Assembly (NCBI GenBank): GCA_964512765.1
Contig: CAZEKF010000009.1
Coordinates: 30-64,029, forward strand
Length of the DNA: 64,000 nt
Source of the DNA: an uncultured Methanosarcinales archaeon
Lineage (GTDB): Archaea > Nanobdellota > Nanobdellia > Woesearchaeales > GW2011-AR15
Direction of reading: 5' to 3'
Position 1 is the stretch's first letter; each line of letters starts with the position of its first letter. The notes below the pieces were generated by a model. That model did no database searches and had not been told where the DNA came from. It saw nothing but the letters and a program-made list of their open reading frames with translations. A program made the position numbers and the translations under genes. Of the stretch, positions 54,911 through 64,000 are shown one piece after another.

Positions 54911-55960
54911 ATGACAGGTATTGGACTTATAGGACAACATCCTAATGCGTCGAATGAAGACTTTTCAAATAGATTAGATAACGTATTACATAGAATTGAT
55001 GATGCTAGTAATACTAAACCAATAACTTTAGACGAATGGTTACAACATATTTTGTATTTTAAAAGAATAGAAATTGATCTTAGAAATAAAGCTCCTGAGG
55101 TCGGAAAAATTGTTATTTATATTGATCAAATTAAAAAAAGACCCAATTTTTATTTAGCCCCACAATTAAATCAGAACTTTACAGGACAATTTCCAAGTTT
55201 AGATTATGAACTTATTTATTTAATACATCATTTAAGTGGAAATGAGGTTGAGTTTGACAGTACGAAAATGTATAAGCCAAGATTAAAAGGGCCCGAATTT
55301 TGGAGAGAAAGTAGAGGAGATAGTGATTGGGGCAAATATAGAATTAATGTGCATCCGATTCTTAGAGAGGTTGTGTCACAAGTAATCTCACTATTTTCTG
55401 AAGAAGAAAGAGTGTCAATATTGGATTTGTTTTGTGCTGAAGGTGTCTTTGTTCTTGGACATGGAGATAATTACGGATTATTAGGAGAAATGCATGACCA
55501 ACATCCTGAGAGAGATATTACATATGATCTTATGGATATTGAAGAAAGTTTGGTTAAATCTGCCCAAAACAGACTTCGCAAATTATCAAAATATGGAATT
55601 GGTAATACTGTAAATATACACGAAATTGATTTAACAAATACAAATTCGTTTATTCGTCTTGACAATAAACCTAAGATTGTAATAGCATCTGGCGCTATGA
55701 ATCATTCAGTAATTAGTCAAGAAGATGCATTTAATCAATATTACTTCATATTTGATGAATTGCCTCCAGCTGGATATTTAATTGCTACAGGAATCACTCC
55801 TTGCTACTGTAATGCGACTATTCTTAGACAAATTGGATTTAGCGAGATTCTTAATATGACACACCCAAGTAATGCATCAACAGTCATTTATACAGAGAGA
55901 AAAAGTGTTATGGTTCCAACCCAAGTCTATGTTGCTAGAAAACCTGATAAAGATAATTAG
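54911..55960 (+). CDS. hypothetical protein with class I methyltransferase-like core
   Basis: VSILDLFCAEGVFVLG (motif I-like) and KIVIASGAMNH are present. The N-terminal ~170 aa are unknown. Confidence 0.55.
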   Translation: MTGIGLIGQHPNASNEDFSNRLDNVLHRIDDASNTKPITLDEWLQHILYFKRIEIDLRNKAPEVGKIVIYIDQIKKRPNFYLAPQLNQNFTGQFPSLDYELIYLIHHLSGNEVEFDSTKMYKPRLKGPEFWRESRGDSDWGKYRINVHPILREVVSQVISLFSEEERVSILDLFCAEGVFVLGHGDNYGLLGEMHDQHPERDITYDLMDIEESLVKSAQNRLRKLSKYGIGNTVNIHEIDLTNTNSFIRLDNKPKIVIASGAMNHSVISQEDAFNQYYFIFDELPPAGYLIATGITPCYCNATILRQIGFSEILNMTHPSNASTVIYTERKSVMVPTQVYVARKPDKDN

Positions 55961-57084
55961 TTATTTTTACTAATTACATACTTCCCTTGATCACTCACTG
56001 TCAATTTTTTCCCATTAGCTTCAATCCAACCACCATTATCTCTTAAATCTCCGATAAAATCTTCATGCCTGCTTGATACATTTTTTCCATCGTATGACTT
56101 CCCAACTGCTAAGTGAAATGTTCCACCGATTTTTTCATCAAATAACATAAAACCTGTTAAGCAGTCTATTCCCCAGTTTGTTCCAATAGCAAACTCTCCT
56201 AGATATTTTGAACCTTCATCTGTTTCGATAAGATTCTTTAATATAGCTCTACCACGATCATCTGCAGCATCATAATCTACTATTTCACCATTGACAAATC
56301 TCAGATAAATGTCCTTAACAAAATAACCGTCTATCCAAGCACCGCTGGTTGGCCTGAAATGTCCGTTCACACTTTCTTTTACAGGCGACCATTCAACTTC
56401 ACCGTCAGGCATATTATTATGCCCGTCCCAATAATCATGTTCTTTACCTTCCAAACTGAAACTTAAATCAGTGCCTCCATATCTATCTGATTCAGGGATG
56501 TATATTCTGACATCTGAGGCATTTTGAAACAAATTAGCTATCTCTTCCATTTCAGTTGACATTTGTTGATAATCAAATGTCAGTGCACTAACGTACAACT
56601 TTTCTAATTGCTTCAATGAAATACCCATGTCATTTGCTAGTTCTTGTGTTGGGTATGCAGTTACTAACCATTTTAAACCAGCATCTCTAGCAGGAGCTAA
56701 TACTTTATTTATAGCAGTTTTCCATTGAGAAAACAAAACATTGAATTCCTCCTCTAATGATTCTCTTAATGAAATTGTCGGTGTGTACCATGTTGCGTCT
56801 GCTCGCATCCTCACATAAGCAGTAGCTTTTTCTATCAATGCTTTCCACTGTCTAAATTCAGAATTTCCAGTATCAGGGTCAAACGATATAAGCATGTCCT
56901 GAAATGATTGAGGTGATAATTCAAATATAACACCTTCTGCACCTTTTGCATGTGCTTTATTTATTAGTAAATCAGTTAGTGAACATGCACTAATATCAGA
57001 TTCAACAACTAAAAAATCACCAGGACCAATTCTTAAAGAATAATTAATTAATGTATCTGCTATTACATCTAGTTTCTCAACCAT
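55957..57084 (-). CDS. aminopeptidase, M29 (AmpS/PepS/aminopeptidase T) family
   Basis: Carries NMPDGEVEWSP and GGTFHLAVG. Length is 375 aa. Confidence 0.8.
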   Translation of the reverse strand: MVEKLDVIADTLINYSLRIGPGDFLVVESDISACSLTDLLINKAHAKGAEGVIFELSPQSFQDMLISFDPDTGNSEFRQWKALIEKATAYVRMRADATWYTPTISLRESLEEEFNVLFSQWKTAINKVLAPARDAGLKWLVTAYPTQELANDMGISLKQLEKLYVSALTFDYQQMSTEMEEIANLFQNASDVRIYIPESDRYGGTDLSFSLEGKEHDYWDGHNNMPDGEVEWSPVKESVNGHFRPTSGAWIDGYFVKDIYLRFVNGEIVDYDAADDRGRAILKNLIETDEGSKYLGEFAIGTNWGIDCLTGFMLFDEKIGGTFHLAVGKSYDGKNVSSRHEDFIGDLRDNGGWIEANGKKLTVSDQGKYVISKNN

Positions 57085-57118
57085 GTTTACATCATTATTA
57101 TAATATAAATAAAGTGAA

Positions 57119-57652
57119 TTACATTGGAAGTTTTGTTACAGGTTTGTCATGCAATACAGTATAAGTTAACATGAATTCTAATATATCAAAAACCCCAGAA
57201 CCTTGTAATTGCATTAATCCAGGAGCTTTTTGTACAGGGAAATTACCTATTTCACGCACATAATGTTGAGGCCTATTATAATTATCACGCGAAAAACCAA
57301 GCAAAAATTCAAAGTCGTGTTTACCTACAACATTATGTTTGAGATGTCTATGTCCGTATCCAAAAAATATACCTTCTCTAACATTTATTTCTCCGTCTTT
57401 AGCAGGAGCGAAATATAGTGCATAAAACATATCAACAGGAGCGTCGTGAGGTGCTGTGTGATATCCAAAATCACCTAACATTTTTTGCAATTTTGGTGAA
57501 TGAATATATGCTCGAACAAATTGTGGTTCAGGTTCACCAAAAACTTGAGGTTCGATGCTAATATCTGGATCTAAATCTTTTAAACAATCTGTCAAATCAA
57601 CAATGTATTGGGCTAACATTTCATTTTGTTGAGCACTTAATCTGTGAGTCAT
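57119..57652 (-). CDS. hypothetical protein (177 aa)
   Basis: Long ORF with no recognised motif and a His/Pro/Gly-rich composition. Confidence 0.55.
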   Translation of the reverse strand: MTHRLSAQQNEMLAQYIVDLTDCLKDLDPDISIEPQVFGEPEPQFVRAYIHSPKLQKMLGDFGYHTAPHDAPVDMFYALYFAPAKDGEINVREGIFFGYGHRHLKHNVVGKHDFEFLLGFSRDNYNRPQHYVREIGNFPVQKAPGLMQLQGSGVFDILEFMLTYTVLHDKPVTKLPM

Positions 57653-57722
57653 AACTATTTTGTAATAATAACTAATATTTAAAGCAACCTGAAAAGTTTA
57701 AATATGACTTTGTGTATTGTTT

Positions 57723-58580
57723 TTAATTCCTTGTTTTTCTAAACCCAATTAATATCATAACACCTAGGATTATTATTGTACCGCCAATTAACTGGTGCGG
57801 TAAAGGAATTTTTTTGTATAATATCCAGGCATATAACAACACTACAAACGGATAACTAGAACGGACTAATTGTGCTTTACCTACGTCTATTGTCTTGTAA
57901 GAATTCATTACTAATATTGTACCTATTATTTCGTTGAACAATGGAATAATGGCACAAACAAGGAGAGTGTTAATGTGAGGTGTTTCAAATTTTCCAGTTA
58001 ATACTGTATAAAAAGATAAAATAATCATAGTTCCGCCAATTGCAACAGTGTTCATTGACAGAGCAGATAGTTCCTTAATGTTCTTTTTAATAATAACTTG
58101 GTTAATACTATAAGATGTAACTGCAATAAGAATATATATTATTTTAATGCCTAGATATTCAATAGGTGAAAACGCAATTATATACACACCAGATAACAAA
58201 ATTATTGCACCTATAATTTCTCTTAGCTTGAACCGTTCACCTAAAAATATTACACCGAGCATAACTACTAGTAAGGGGCCCACCCTGCCAATAAACGAGG
58301 TCATTTCTGCGCCAATAGCTTGAATAGAATAAAACCACAACAGTGCAGCTAACCCGCTAAACATGGCTAAAGCAATTCCTGTTTTTAATTTAATTTTCTT
58401 TATGTCCTTGTATTCTTTTTTATAAATAATAAAGATCAATGAATAAACAAAGGCAGATATGCCCCATAACAAAGCGCAGGTTTCTGGATTATTAAACTTT
58501 ATAATGTAATCAATAGCAACAGGGCCTGTTGATATAAGAAACAAAGCTACTATTATTTGTGAATATCCTTTCCATGACAT
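57723..58580 (-). CDS. EamA/DMT-superfamily transporter
   Basis: Ten predicted helices in two EamA-like repeats. Confidence 0.75.
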   Translation of the reverse strand: MSWKGYSQIIVALFLISTGPVAIDYIIKFNNPETCALLWGISAFVYSLIFIIYKKEYKDIKKIKLKTGIALAMFSGLAALLWFYSIQAIGAEMTSFIGRVGPLLVVMLGVIFLGERFKLREIIGAIILLSGVYIIAFSPIEYLGIKIIYILIAVTSYSINQVIIKKNIKELSALSMNTVAIGGTMIILSFYTVLTGKFETPHINTLLVCAIIPLFNEIIGTILVMNSYKTIDVGKAQLVRSSYPFVVLLYAWILYKKIPLPHQLIGGTIIILGVMILIGFRKTRN

Positions 58581-58677
58581 GACGTGGTTATAAATTATAT
58601 TGAGTTATTAAATATTACTCTAATTCAAGATAAATTATATAAACAATACCTAATTAAATCTAAATGGGTGATCAATC

Positions 58678-59220
58678 ATGGCATTAATAGGTTCTGAATA
58701 TGATACATTAAATCATGGAGACACTGCTCCTGACTTTGAGTTAAAAGGTACTGATGGGAATATGCATAAGTTGCAAGATATTAAAGGAAAACTTACATTA
58801 ATAGTTTTTATGTGCAATCATTGTCCGTATGTTATTCCTAAACTAAAAGAATTGAACAGAATAGCTGAAGAGTTAGATGTAACAGTTATAGGTATTAATC
58901 CAAACGAGTCAGAGAATTATCCAGAAGATAGTTTTGAAAATATGCAGGAAATGGTGGATACAGGAAAAATTAAGTTCTTATATTTACATGATGAAACTCA
59001 GGAAATTGCTAAAGCATACGGTGCTGTATGCACACCTGATCCGTTCCTATTTGACAAAAATTTAAAACTAATTTTCCATAGCAGAATTGATAACAGCCAC
59101 GGACCAATACCTGCATTAAAACATGAGATGTATAATGTAATCAAAGAGTTCATTGAAAATGGTTCTATAAGTGTTGAAGAAAAACCTTCCATGGGATGTA
59201 GTATCAAGTGGAAGTACTAA
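58678..59220 (+). CDS. thioredoxin-fold redoxin (AhpC/TSA-like)
   Basis: Carries APDFELKGTDGN and LIVFMCNHCPYV. Confidence 0.8.
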   Translation: MALIGSEYDTLNHGDTAPDFELKGTDGNMHKLQDIKGKLTLIVFMCNHCPYVIPKLKELNRIAEELDVTVIGINPNESENYPEDSFENMQEMVDTGKIKFLYLHDETQEIAKAYGAVCTPDPFLFDKNLKLIFHSRIDNSHGPIPALKHEMYNVIKEFIENGSISVEEKPSMGCSIKWKY

Positions 59221-59263
59221 TTCAAAAAATATTTATATCCAGATTATATTAAATTATATTTAA

Positions 59264-60418
59264 ATGAAGAAGGTTGGGGTTATTAGATCACTTCTAGGTA
59301 AGGTTAGTTATTATTATACATGGAAATTTCTAGATTTGTTAACAATCTTAATCTTAGCACGATTTTTGTTTATTGGAGACTTCGCTTTTGCGTTTCTAAT
59401 TATCACTATTGTTAATTTTATAATGTCGTTTTTTGAGTTAACACACGTAAGAAAAGTCTACAAAATGCACTGTATATCACAGATTGTTATGACAATTACT
59501 GCTATAACATTAATGTTTTTTGGTTACGGATATTACGCAGTACTTATTGGATATTCTGCATATTTATTCCTAAGTGTAATCTTGTTATGGAAGAATTTCC
59601 AGTTTAAACTAAGACGATTATTTTCTAAAGAAAAGTTATCTGAACTATTACTAGAAAATATATTTAAGTATGGTGTTTTAATTGTAACAGCGTTTGTGTT
59701 TGGATTAAATACCTTTGCTTATTTGTTTCTAGCATATGAAATAAGTTATTTTATGTATCTAAACATTACATTGTTTGTTACAGATTTTTTAATGAACAAA
59801 TTCAAAACAACTGAAGAGCTGTTTAGGTTTAATTTAATTAAACTAATTGAATATGCTTCATTTGTTATTGTACCTTTTACAGTTATTATGGTTACTTTGT
59901 CAAAACAGTTTTCTGAGTATGGGATTAAATGGCTTGGATTTTCGGATGTGCTAATAATTTTATTATTTTCCAGCATGTTTAAAGGAATATTTGAAATAAC
60001 ACGTATAGTGTTTTTAACCCAGAAAAAAGAAATAATAAGTTTCAGGATTAAATTGTTTGAACTAGGTTTGTTAGCTGTTTTGTATATTGTTTTTATGTTC
60101 TTAGATATATTCGGAATTGCACTTGCTATTTTAATTTCCTCAGTTCTCTCATCTGTTGTACATCTATTGTTGTCTGAGAGAATAATTACACTAGATTTAA
60201 TAACAGTTTCAAGAGATTATTTTTACATATTTTTTTCTGGGGTATTAACTGCTTTAGCTCTTGGATTGTTAAAAGAATGGTTCGCTGTTAATAATTTTAT
60301 TTCATTTGTTTCAATGTTTACTTTAGGTATTTTTATTTATTTGATCTTAACGTTTGTGTTTAACAATGAACTGTATAAACGGTTTATTAGATTTGTATAT
60401 AACTTATTAGAGGAATAA
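59264..60418 (+). CDS. polytopic membrane protein, possibly truncated Wzx/MOP-type flippase
   Basis: About 10 hydrophobic helices. The functional assignment is weak. Confidence 0.5.
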   Translation: MKKVGVIRSLLGKVSYYYTWKFLDLLTILILARFLFIGDFAFAFLIITIVNFIMSFFELTHVRKVYKMHCISQIVMTITAITLMFFGYGYYAVLIGYSAYLFLSVILLWKNFQFKLRRLFSKEKLSELLLENIFKYGVLIVTAFVFGLNTFAYLFLAYEISYFMYLNITLFVTDFLMNKFKTTEELFRFNLIKLIEYASFVIVPFTVIMVTLSKQFSEYGIKWLGFSDVLIILLFSSMFKGIFEITRIVFLTQKKEIISFRIKLFELGLLAVLYIVFMFLDIFGIALAILISSVLSSVVHLLLSERIITLDLITVSRDYFYIFFSGVLTALALGLLKEWFAVNNFISFVSMFTLGIFIYLILTFVFNNELYKRFIRFVYNLLEE

Positions 60419-60697
60419 ATGATACAAGCTATAATAGGAATATTATTTGTGTTTGTAATTCCTGGGTTTTTATTAACACAGATCTTTTTTAAGAAAGAAA
60501 AAATATTAGAGAAATTGTTTTTAACAGTTTTATTAAGCATTACTTTCACAGTTGTTCTTGGATTATTATTAGGGTTTAATGAACTTACTTTTAGATTGAC
60601 AGGTGGGTTGCATAAATTATGGGTTTATGTAATTATTTTGAACGTGATTCTATTAGGAATTTATGTTTTAAAGCAAAAAAAGTTAATCTTTAAATAA
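60419..60697 (+). CDS. small membrane protein (92 aa)
   Basis: Three hydrophobic helices. Its start abuts the previous stop. Confidence 0.5.
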   Translation: MIQAIIGILFVFVIPGFLLTQIFFKKEKILEKLFLTVLLSITFTVVLGLLLGFNELTFRLTGGLHKLWVYVIILNVILLGIYVLKQKKLIFK

Positions 60698-60702
60698 AAA
60701 CC

Positions 60703-63219
60703 ATGACTTCTTTTGATAATATGGACAATTTATTACCTTTTGAAACAACTAAAAGATCAGTTTATGTTAGAAAACAGTTTAAAACTTCTGACAAGTTTGG
60801 TAAATTACCTGGAAAAAGAACAGTTGATGAACTGATTAATTTAGGTGTTGTTAATGTTGACAAACCAGCTGGCCCTACAAGTCATCAAGTTTCTGCTTAT
60901 GTTCAAAAGATCTTGGGCATCAAAAAATCAGGCCATTCAGGCACATTAGACCCGAATGTTACAGGAGTGTTACCTGTGGCTTTGAAAAAATCAACAAAAG
61001 TTATTCAAACATTGCTTAAAGCTGGTAAGGAATATGTTTGTTTAATGCATTTACATAAACCTGTTAAAGAATATGACTTGTATAAAGCACTTGAGAAATT
61101 TACTGGTAAAATTAATCAATTACCACCTATCAAAAGTTCTGTTAAACGACAATTAAGAGAACGTACAGTGTATTATATTGATGTTTTAAGTATTCAAGAT
61201 CAGGACGTGTTGTTTAAAGTTGGGTGTGAAGCGGGAACTTATGTGAGAAAATTATGTCTACATCCAAATACACAAATTTTAACAAATGAAGGTCTTATGA
61301 GTGCTTCTGATTATTATTTCAATCCTAAGAGAATATATTCATTTAATAAAGGTAAAATGATTGAAAAAAATCCTTCAGCAACTCAAAAGATCCAATCTCC
61401 TGAAAAATTAGTTAAGATTACAATGTCTTCTGGAGTTCATATAATTATAACACCTGACCATGAATTATTAACCTCAACAATTGATGGTTATAAGATGAAA
61501 AAAGCTTCAGAAATTAAAAAAACAGATTATTTAGTCAAAAGCCTTAATTTTCCTCATAAATCAAAACAAATATCAATATCCGACTTGTTAGATGATGACT
61601 ATTTAATACAACAAAAGAATATTAAGAAAGAATGTAAAAATGCTTTCATTAGCAAATATGGAAGTATAAGAGCAATGAATAGAGCATTGAAACTAGATAG
61701 AAAAGCATTTCTGTCAAAATCAGACCATGCAATAACTATAAAACATCTTAAACTTGCAGGAATTTACAATAAAATTAAGAAAGAAATCCATACTTTTAAA
61801 ACACAGAAAGGATCATTAATCACATTGAAAAAATTAAATGAAGATTTATTTTATCTTTTTGGATTAATTGCATCTGACGGTAATAACACAAAAGAAAAAG
61901 GAACAGTCAGACATACTAGAATAAAGTTTCATAATAAGAATGAAGTATTAATTGACCAATTTTTAAAAATATACAAAAAACTCTTTCCGAATATTCCAAT
62001 TTCTAAAACTAAAATGACACCTACTTTATTTCAACTTGATACAACAAACAGTTTTTTAGCTACAATTGCAGCATCATTTGGAATAAAAAGTCCACAAAAA
62101 TATTCTGATTTATTACCAATAGTTAATGCAAACTCTAATTTAATAAAATCATTTTTAAGAGGTTACTTTGATGGTGATGGTTCAGCATATTTCAAAAAAA
62201 CACGAACGAATCATAAAACCAAAATCTGTTTACATACAATTAGTTCACAAGAAAGTGTACGATTACATATGATGCTCCTCAAAGTAGGTATACCAAACAA
62301 AATATTTACCAGAAGAGTCAATAGTAAACTCGTATCTAAAGGAAAAGAAGAAAAAATGTATGAAGTTGCAATTGGTAATATTTCGAGTGAAAAGAAATTT
62401 ATTAAAGAAATTGGGACAAATCATCCTGAAAAAGCGAAAAAATTTGAAAAAATATTGAGTTTAAAAAATGCTAGGAGATCATGTGACCATTATTATATTG
62501 GATTTCATTATAAAAAATATATTAAAGAAAAAAAATCTTTATTACATGCCATGGGAGGTAATTTATCACGGATTTCAAAAGAAAAAATCCCAATTACTAG
62601 AGGTTTCTACAAAAAGGCTTCAACAATGTGTAAATTACCAGAACTTGACGATTTTATTATTGAAAAAATTAAATCAATTGAATCTGTTGTTGGAACAGAT
62701 TATGTATATGACATGACTGTTCCGAAGACACATAATTTTTTAATAGAGACTGGTTTTGTTTCATCAAATTGTCACGACATTGGCCAGGAACTTAAAATCG
62801 GAGCGCACATGGCAGAGCTAAGAAGAACAAAAGCCGGTCCTTTTAATGAAACAACATTGTTTACGTTACAAGATTTGACAGACGCTCTTTATTACTATAA
62901 AAAACATCATAATGAAAAGTTTATTAGAAAAGTTATACAACCTGTTGAAGCAGCAGTTGATCATTTACCTAAGATATGGGTTTTTGACACTACTGTTGAT
63001 AGTCTGTGCCATGGTGCTTCATTAGCAGTGCCAGGAATTAGTAAATTAGAGACAGGCATTAAAAAAAATGAGTTAGTTGCTATTTTCACATTAAAAAATG
63101 AACTAATATGTTACGGTGAATCATTACTTACTTCTAAACAAATGATGGCTGATAAAGGATTAGCTGTTAAAACTGATAAAGTTGTAATGGATAGAGAAGT
63201 TTATCCGAGGATAAAATAA
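60703..63219 (+). CDS. cbf5: H/ACA RNP pseudouridine synthase Cbf5 (TruB family) containing an intein
   Basis: The exteins carry VNVDKPAGPTSHQV, GHSGTLDPNVTGVLPV and EAGTYVRKL|CHDIG. A PUA domain sits at the C-terminus. The exteins sum to 333 aa. Confidence 0.92.
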   Translation: MTSFDNMDNLLPFETTKRSVYVRKQFKTSDKFGKLPGKRTVDELINLGVVNVDKPAGPTSHQVSAYVQKILGIKKSGHSGTLDPNVTGVLPVALKKSTKVIQTLLKAGKEYVCLMHLHKPVKEYDLYKALEKFTGKINQLPPIKSSVKRQLRERTVYYIDVLSIQDQDVLFKVGCEAGTYVRKLCLHPNTQILTNEGLMSASDYYFNPKRIYSFNKGKMIEKNPSATQKIQSPEKLVKITMSSGVHIIITPDHELLTSTIDGYKMKKASEIKKTDYLVKSLNFPHKSKQISISDLLDDDYLIQQKNIKKECKNAFISKYGSIRAMNRALKLDRKAFLSKSDHAITIKHLKLAGIYNKIKKEIHTFKTQKGSLITLKKLNEDLFYLFGLIASDGNNTKEKGTVRHTRIKFHNKNEVLIDQFLKIYKKLFPNIPISKTKMTPTLFQLDTTNSFLATIAASFGIKSPQKYSDLLPIVNANSNLIKSFLRGYFDGDGSAYFKKTRTNHKTKICLHTISSQESVRLHMMLLKVGIPNKIFTRRVNSKLVSKGKEEKMYEVAIGNISSEKKFIKEIGTNHPEKAKKFEKILSLKNARRSCDHYYIGFHYKKYIKEKKSLLHAMGGNLSRISKEKIPITRGFYKKASTMCKLPELDDFIIEKIKSIESVVGTDYVYDMTVPKTHNFLIETGFVSSNCHDIGQELKIGAHMAELRRTKAGPFNETTLFTLQDLTDALYYYKKHHNEKFIRKVIQPVEAAVDHLPKIWVFDTTVDSLCHGASLAVPGISKLETGIKKNELVAIFTLKNELICYGESLLTSKQMMADKGLAVKTDKVVMDREVYPRIK
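61255..62769 (+). mobile_element. Intein (505 aa) with LAGLIDADG homing-endonuclease domain inside cbf5
   Basis: It starts CLHPNTQILT and has block B ITPDHELLT. The LAGLIDADG motifs are LFGLIASDGNN and FLRGYFDGDGSAY. It ends VYDMTVPKTHNFLIETGFVSSN followed by +1 Cys. Confidence 0.88.
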
Positions 63220-63223
63220 TAGA

Positions 63224-63946
63224 TCATTGTTTTTCTGCAATCATGTACATGTTTGTATCAGGATAATAGAACAGATTTTTATAACCCATTTCTTTTGTAA
63301 AAAAATCAAACACCACCCGATTAGAAGGGGGTTTAGTATCTTCTCTGCTTCTACCACCTAATAAATTACTTTCAATTATAATTATTCCTCCTGACTGAAG
63401 ATAAGAATCTAAAAAAGGAAAAACATCATCTCTTCTATTCCAAAAATAGTTAAGAGCAGCAGAAAATATCATGCTTGAAATACCCGTAGTGCCAGATCTG
63501 TCTTGAGCTTCCGATAGTGCATCACTAAATTGTATTTTATCAAAATATTCCAAGTCACTATGAACAGGTATGGGAGAATCAGCATAAAATTTTCTTAATT
63601 CACTTACTCTTGGATGAACATCTACCAAAATTCTTACAGGATTTATAGTAGTAGTTGATATCTGTGAAATTGCTTTGCCTATCTGTTCACCATAGTGTAA
63701 ATCATAACCTTCAAAACAAGGTAGCGTTTCTTCAAAAATAACATTAGATATTGGAGAAGGGCCACAAGCAAAGTCAGCAATTATGTTCCCAAGAATTTTT
63801 TCATAAAATAACTGCTGTACTATTCTGAAAATTGTTGGAGGGCTATATGTAGGTCTAATTCCTCTATCTAGAAAATCATCCCAGTCTTTTCCAAAAGGGT
63901 CATCTTCGTCAAAGTCCATATCCCAAGGCATAAAACTAAGAAACAA
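63224..63946 (-). CDS. hypothetical protein with class I methyltransferase-like core
   Basis: Carries NIIADFACGPSP (motif I-like), MIFSAALNYF and GGIIIIE. Confidence 0.55.
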   Translation of the reverse strand: MFLSFMPWDMDFDEDDPFGKDWDDFLDRGIRPTYSPPTIFRIVQQLFYEKILGNIIADFACGPSPISNVIFEETLPCFEGYDLHYGEQIGKAISQISTTTINPVRILVDVHPRVSELRKFYADSPIPVHSDLEYFDKIQFSDALSEAQDRSGTTGISSMIFSAALNYFWNRRDDVFPFLDSYLQSGGIIIIESNLLGGRSREDTKPPSNRVVFDFFTKEMGYKNLFYYPDTNMYMIAEKQ

Positions 63947-64000
63947 CTTTCTGTTTATTAATTTTACTACTAATGAGGTGCAAATGCCTTTTTGAAGATA

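Overview
The window is AT-rich archaeal chromosome, probably from a small-genome, DPANN-like lineage. That lineage call is an inference from composition, short overlapping genes and the gene set. The archaeal assignment rests on several markers. These are the 5' ~680 nt of a 16S rRNA with an archaeal 5' end, aIF-1A, TFE, an archaeal-type GAPDH, a split transketolase, Cbf5, and an initiator tRNA with A1:U72 and intron-rich tRNA genes.

Coding density is high. Content includes:
- three glycosylation clusters (GT4/GT2 enzymes, sugar-nucleotidyltransferases, phosphomannomutase)
- a HydG-like radical-SAM maturase
- a GlpX / class II aldolase / GAPDH gluconeogenic block followed by LspA
- IleRS, RNase HII, FtsZ, an FKBP, a U32 peptidase and Taw3
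- acidic surface proteins
- a 13.4 kb single-strand operon joining arginine biosynthesis (argG, X, argC, argD, argF', argB, argE, argH) to carA-mazG-carB, convergent with pyrB

The most interesting observations are:
1. The initiator tRNA-Met gene only folds after three separate introns are removed.
2. The tRNA-Glu gene has a second intron in the T-loop. It is preceded by an orphan copy of its own 5' end.
3. An uncharacterised P-loop protein sits in the arginine operon where the missing first-step N-acyl-glutamate synthase would be expected. It lies next to an acyl-ornithine-type transcarbamylase.
4. A stand-alone HydG homologue is present.
5. Two conserved N-termini are only encoded if translation starts at ATA or ATT, 6 nt after a GGTGA Shine-Dalgarno.
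6. Two hypothetical genes continue in frame through a TGA and a TAG stop.
7. A LAGLIDADG intein is inserted in Cbf5.
8. A tandem pair of paralogous membrane-anchored coiled-coil surface proteins lies behind a highly structured non-coding region.

No CRISPR array, transposase or integrase was seen. All functional calls come from motifs read by eye, and no database search was run.
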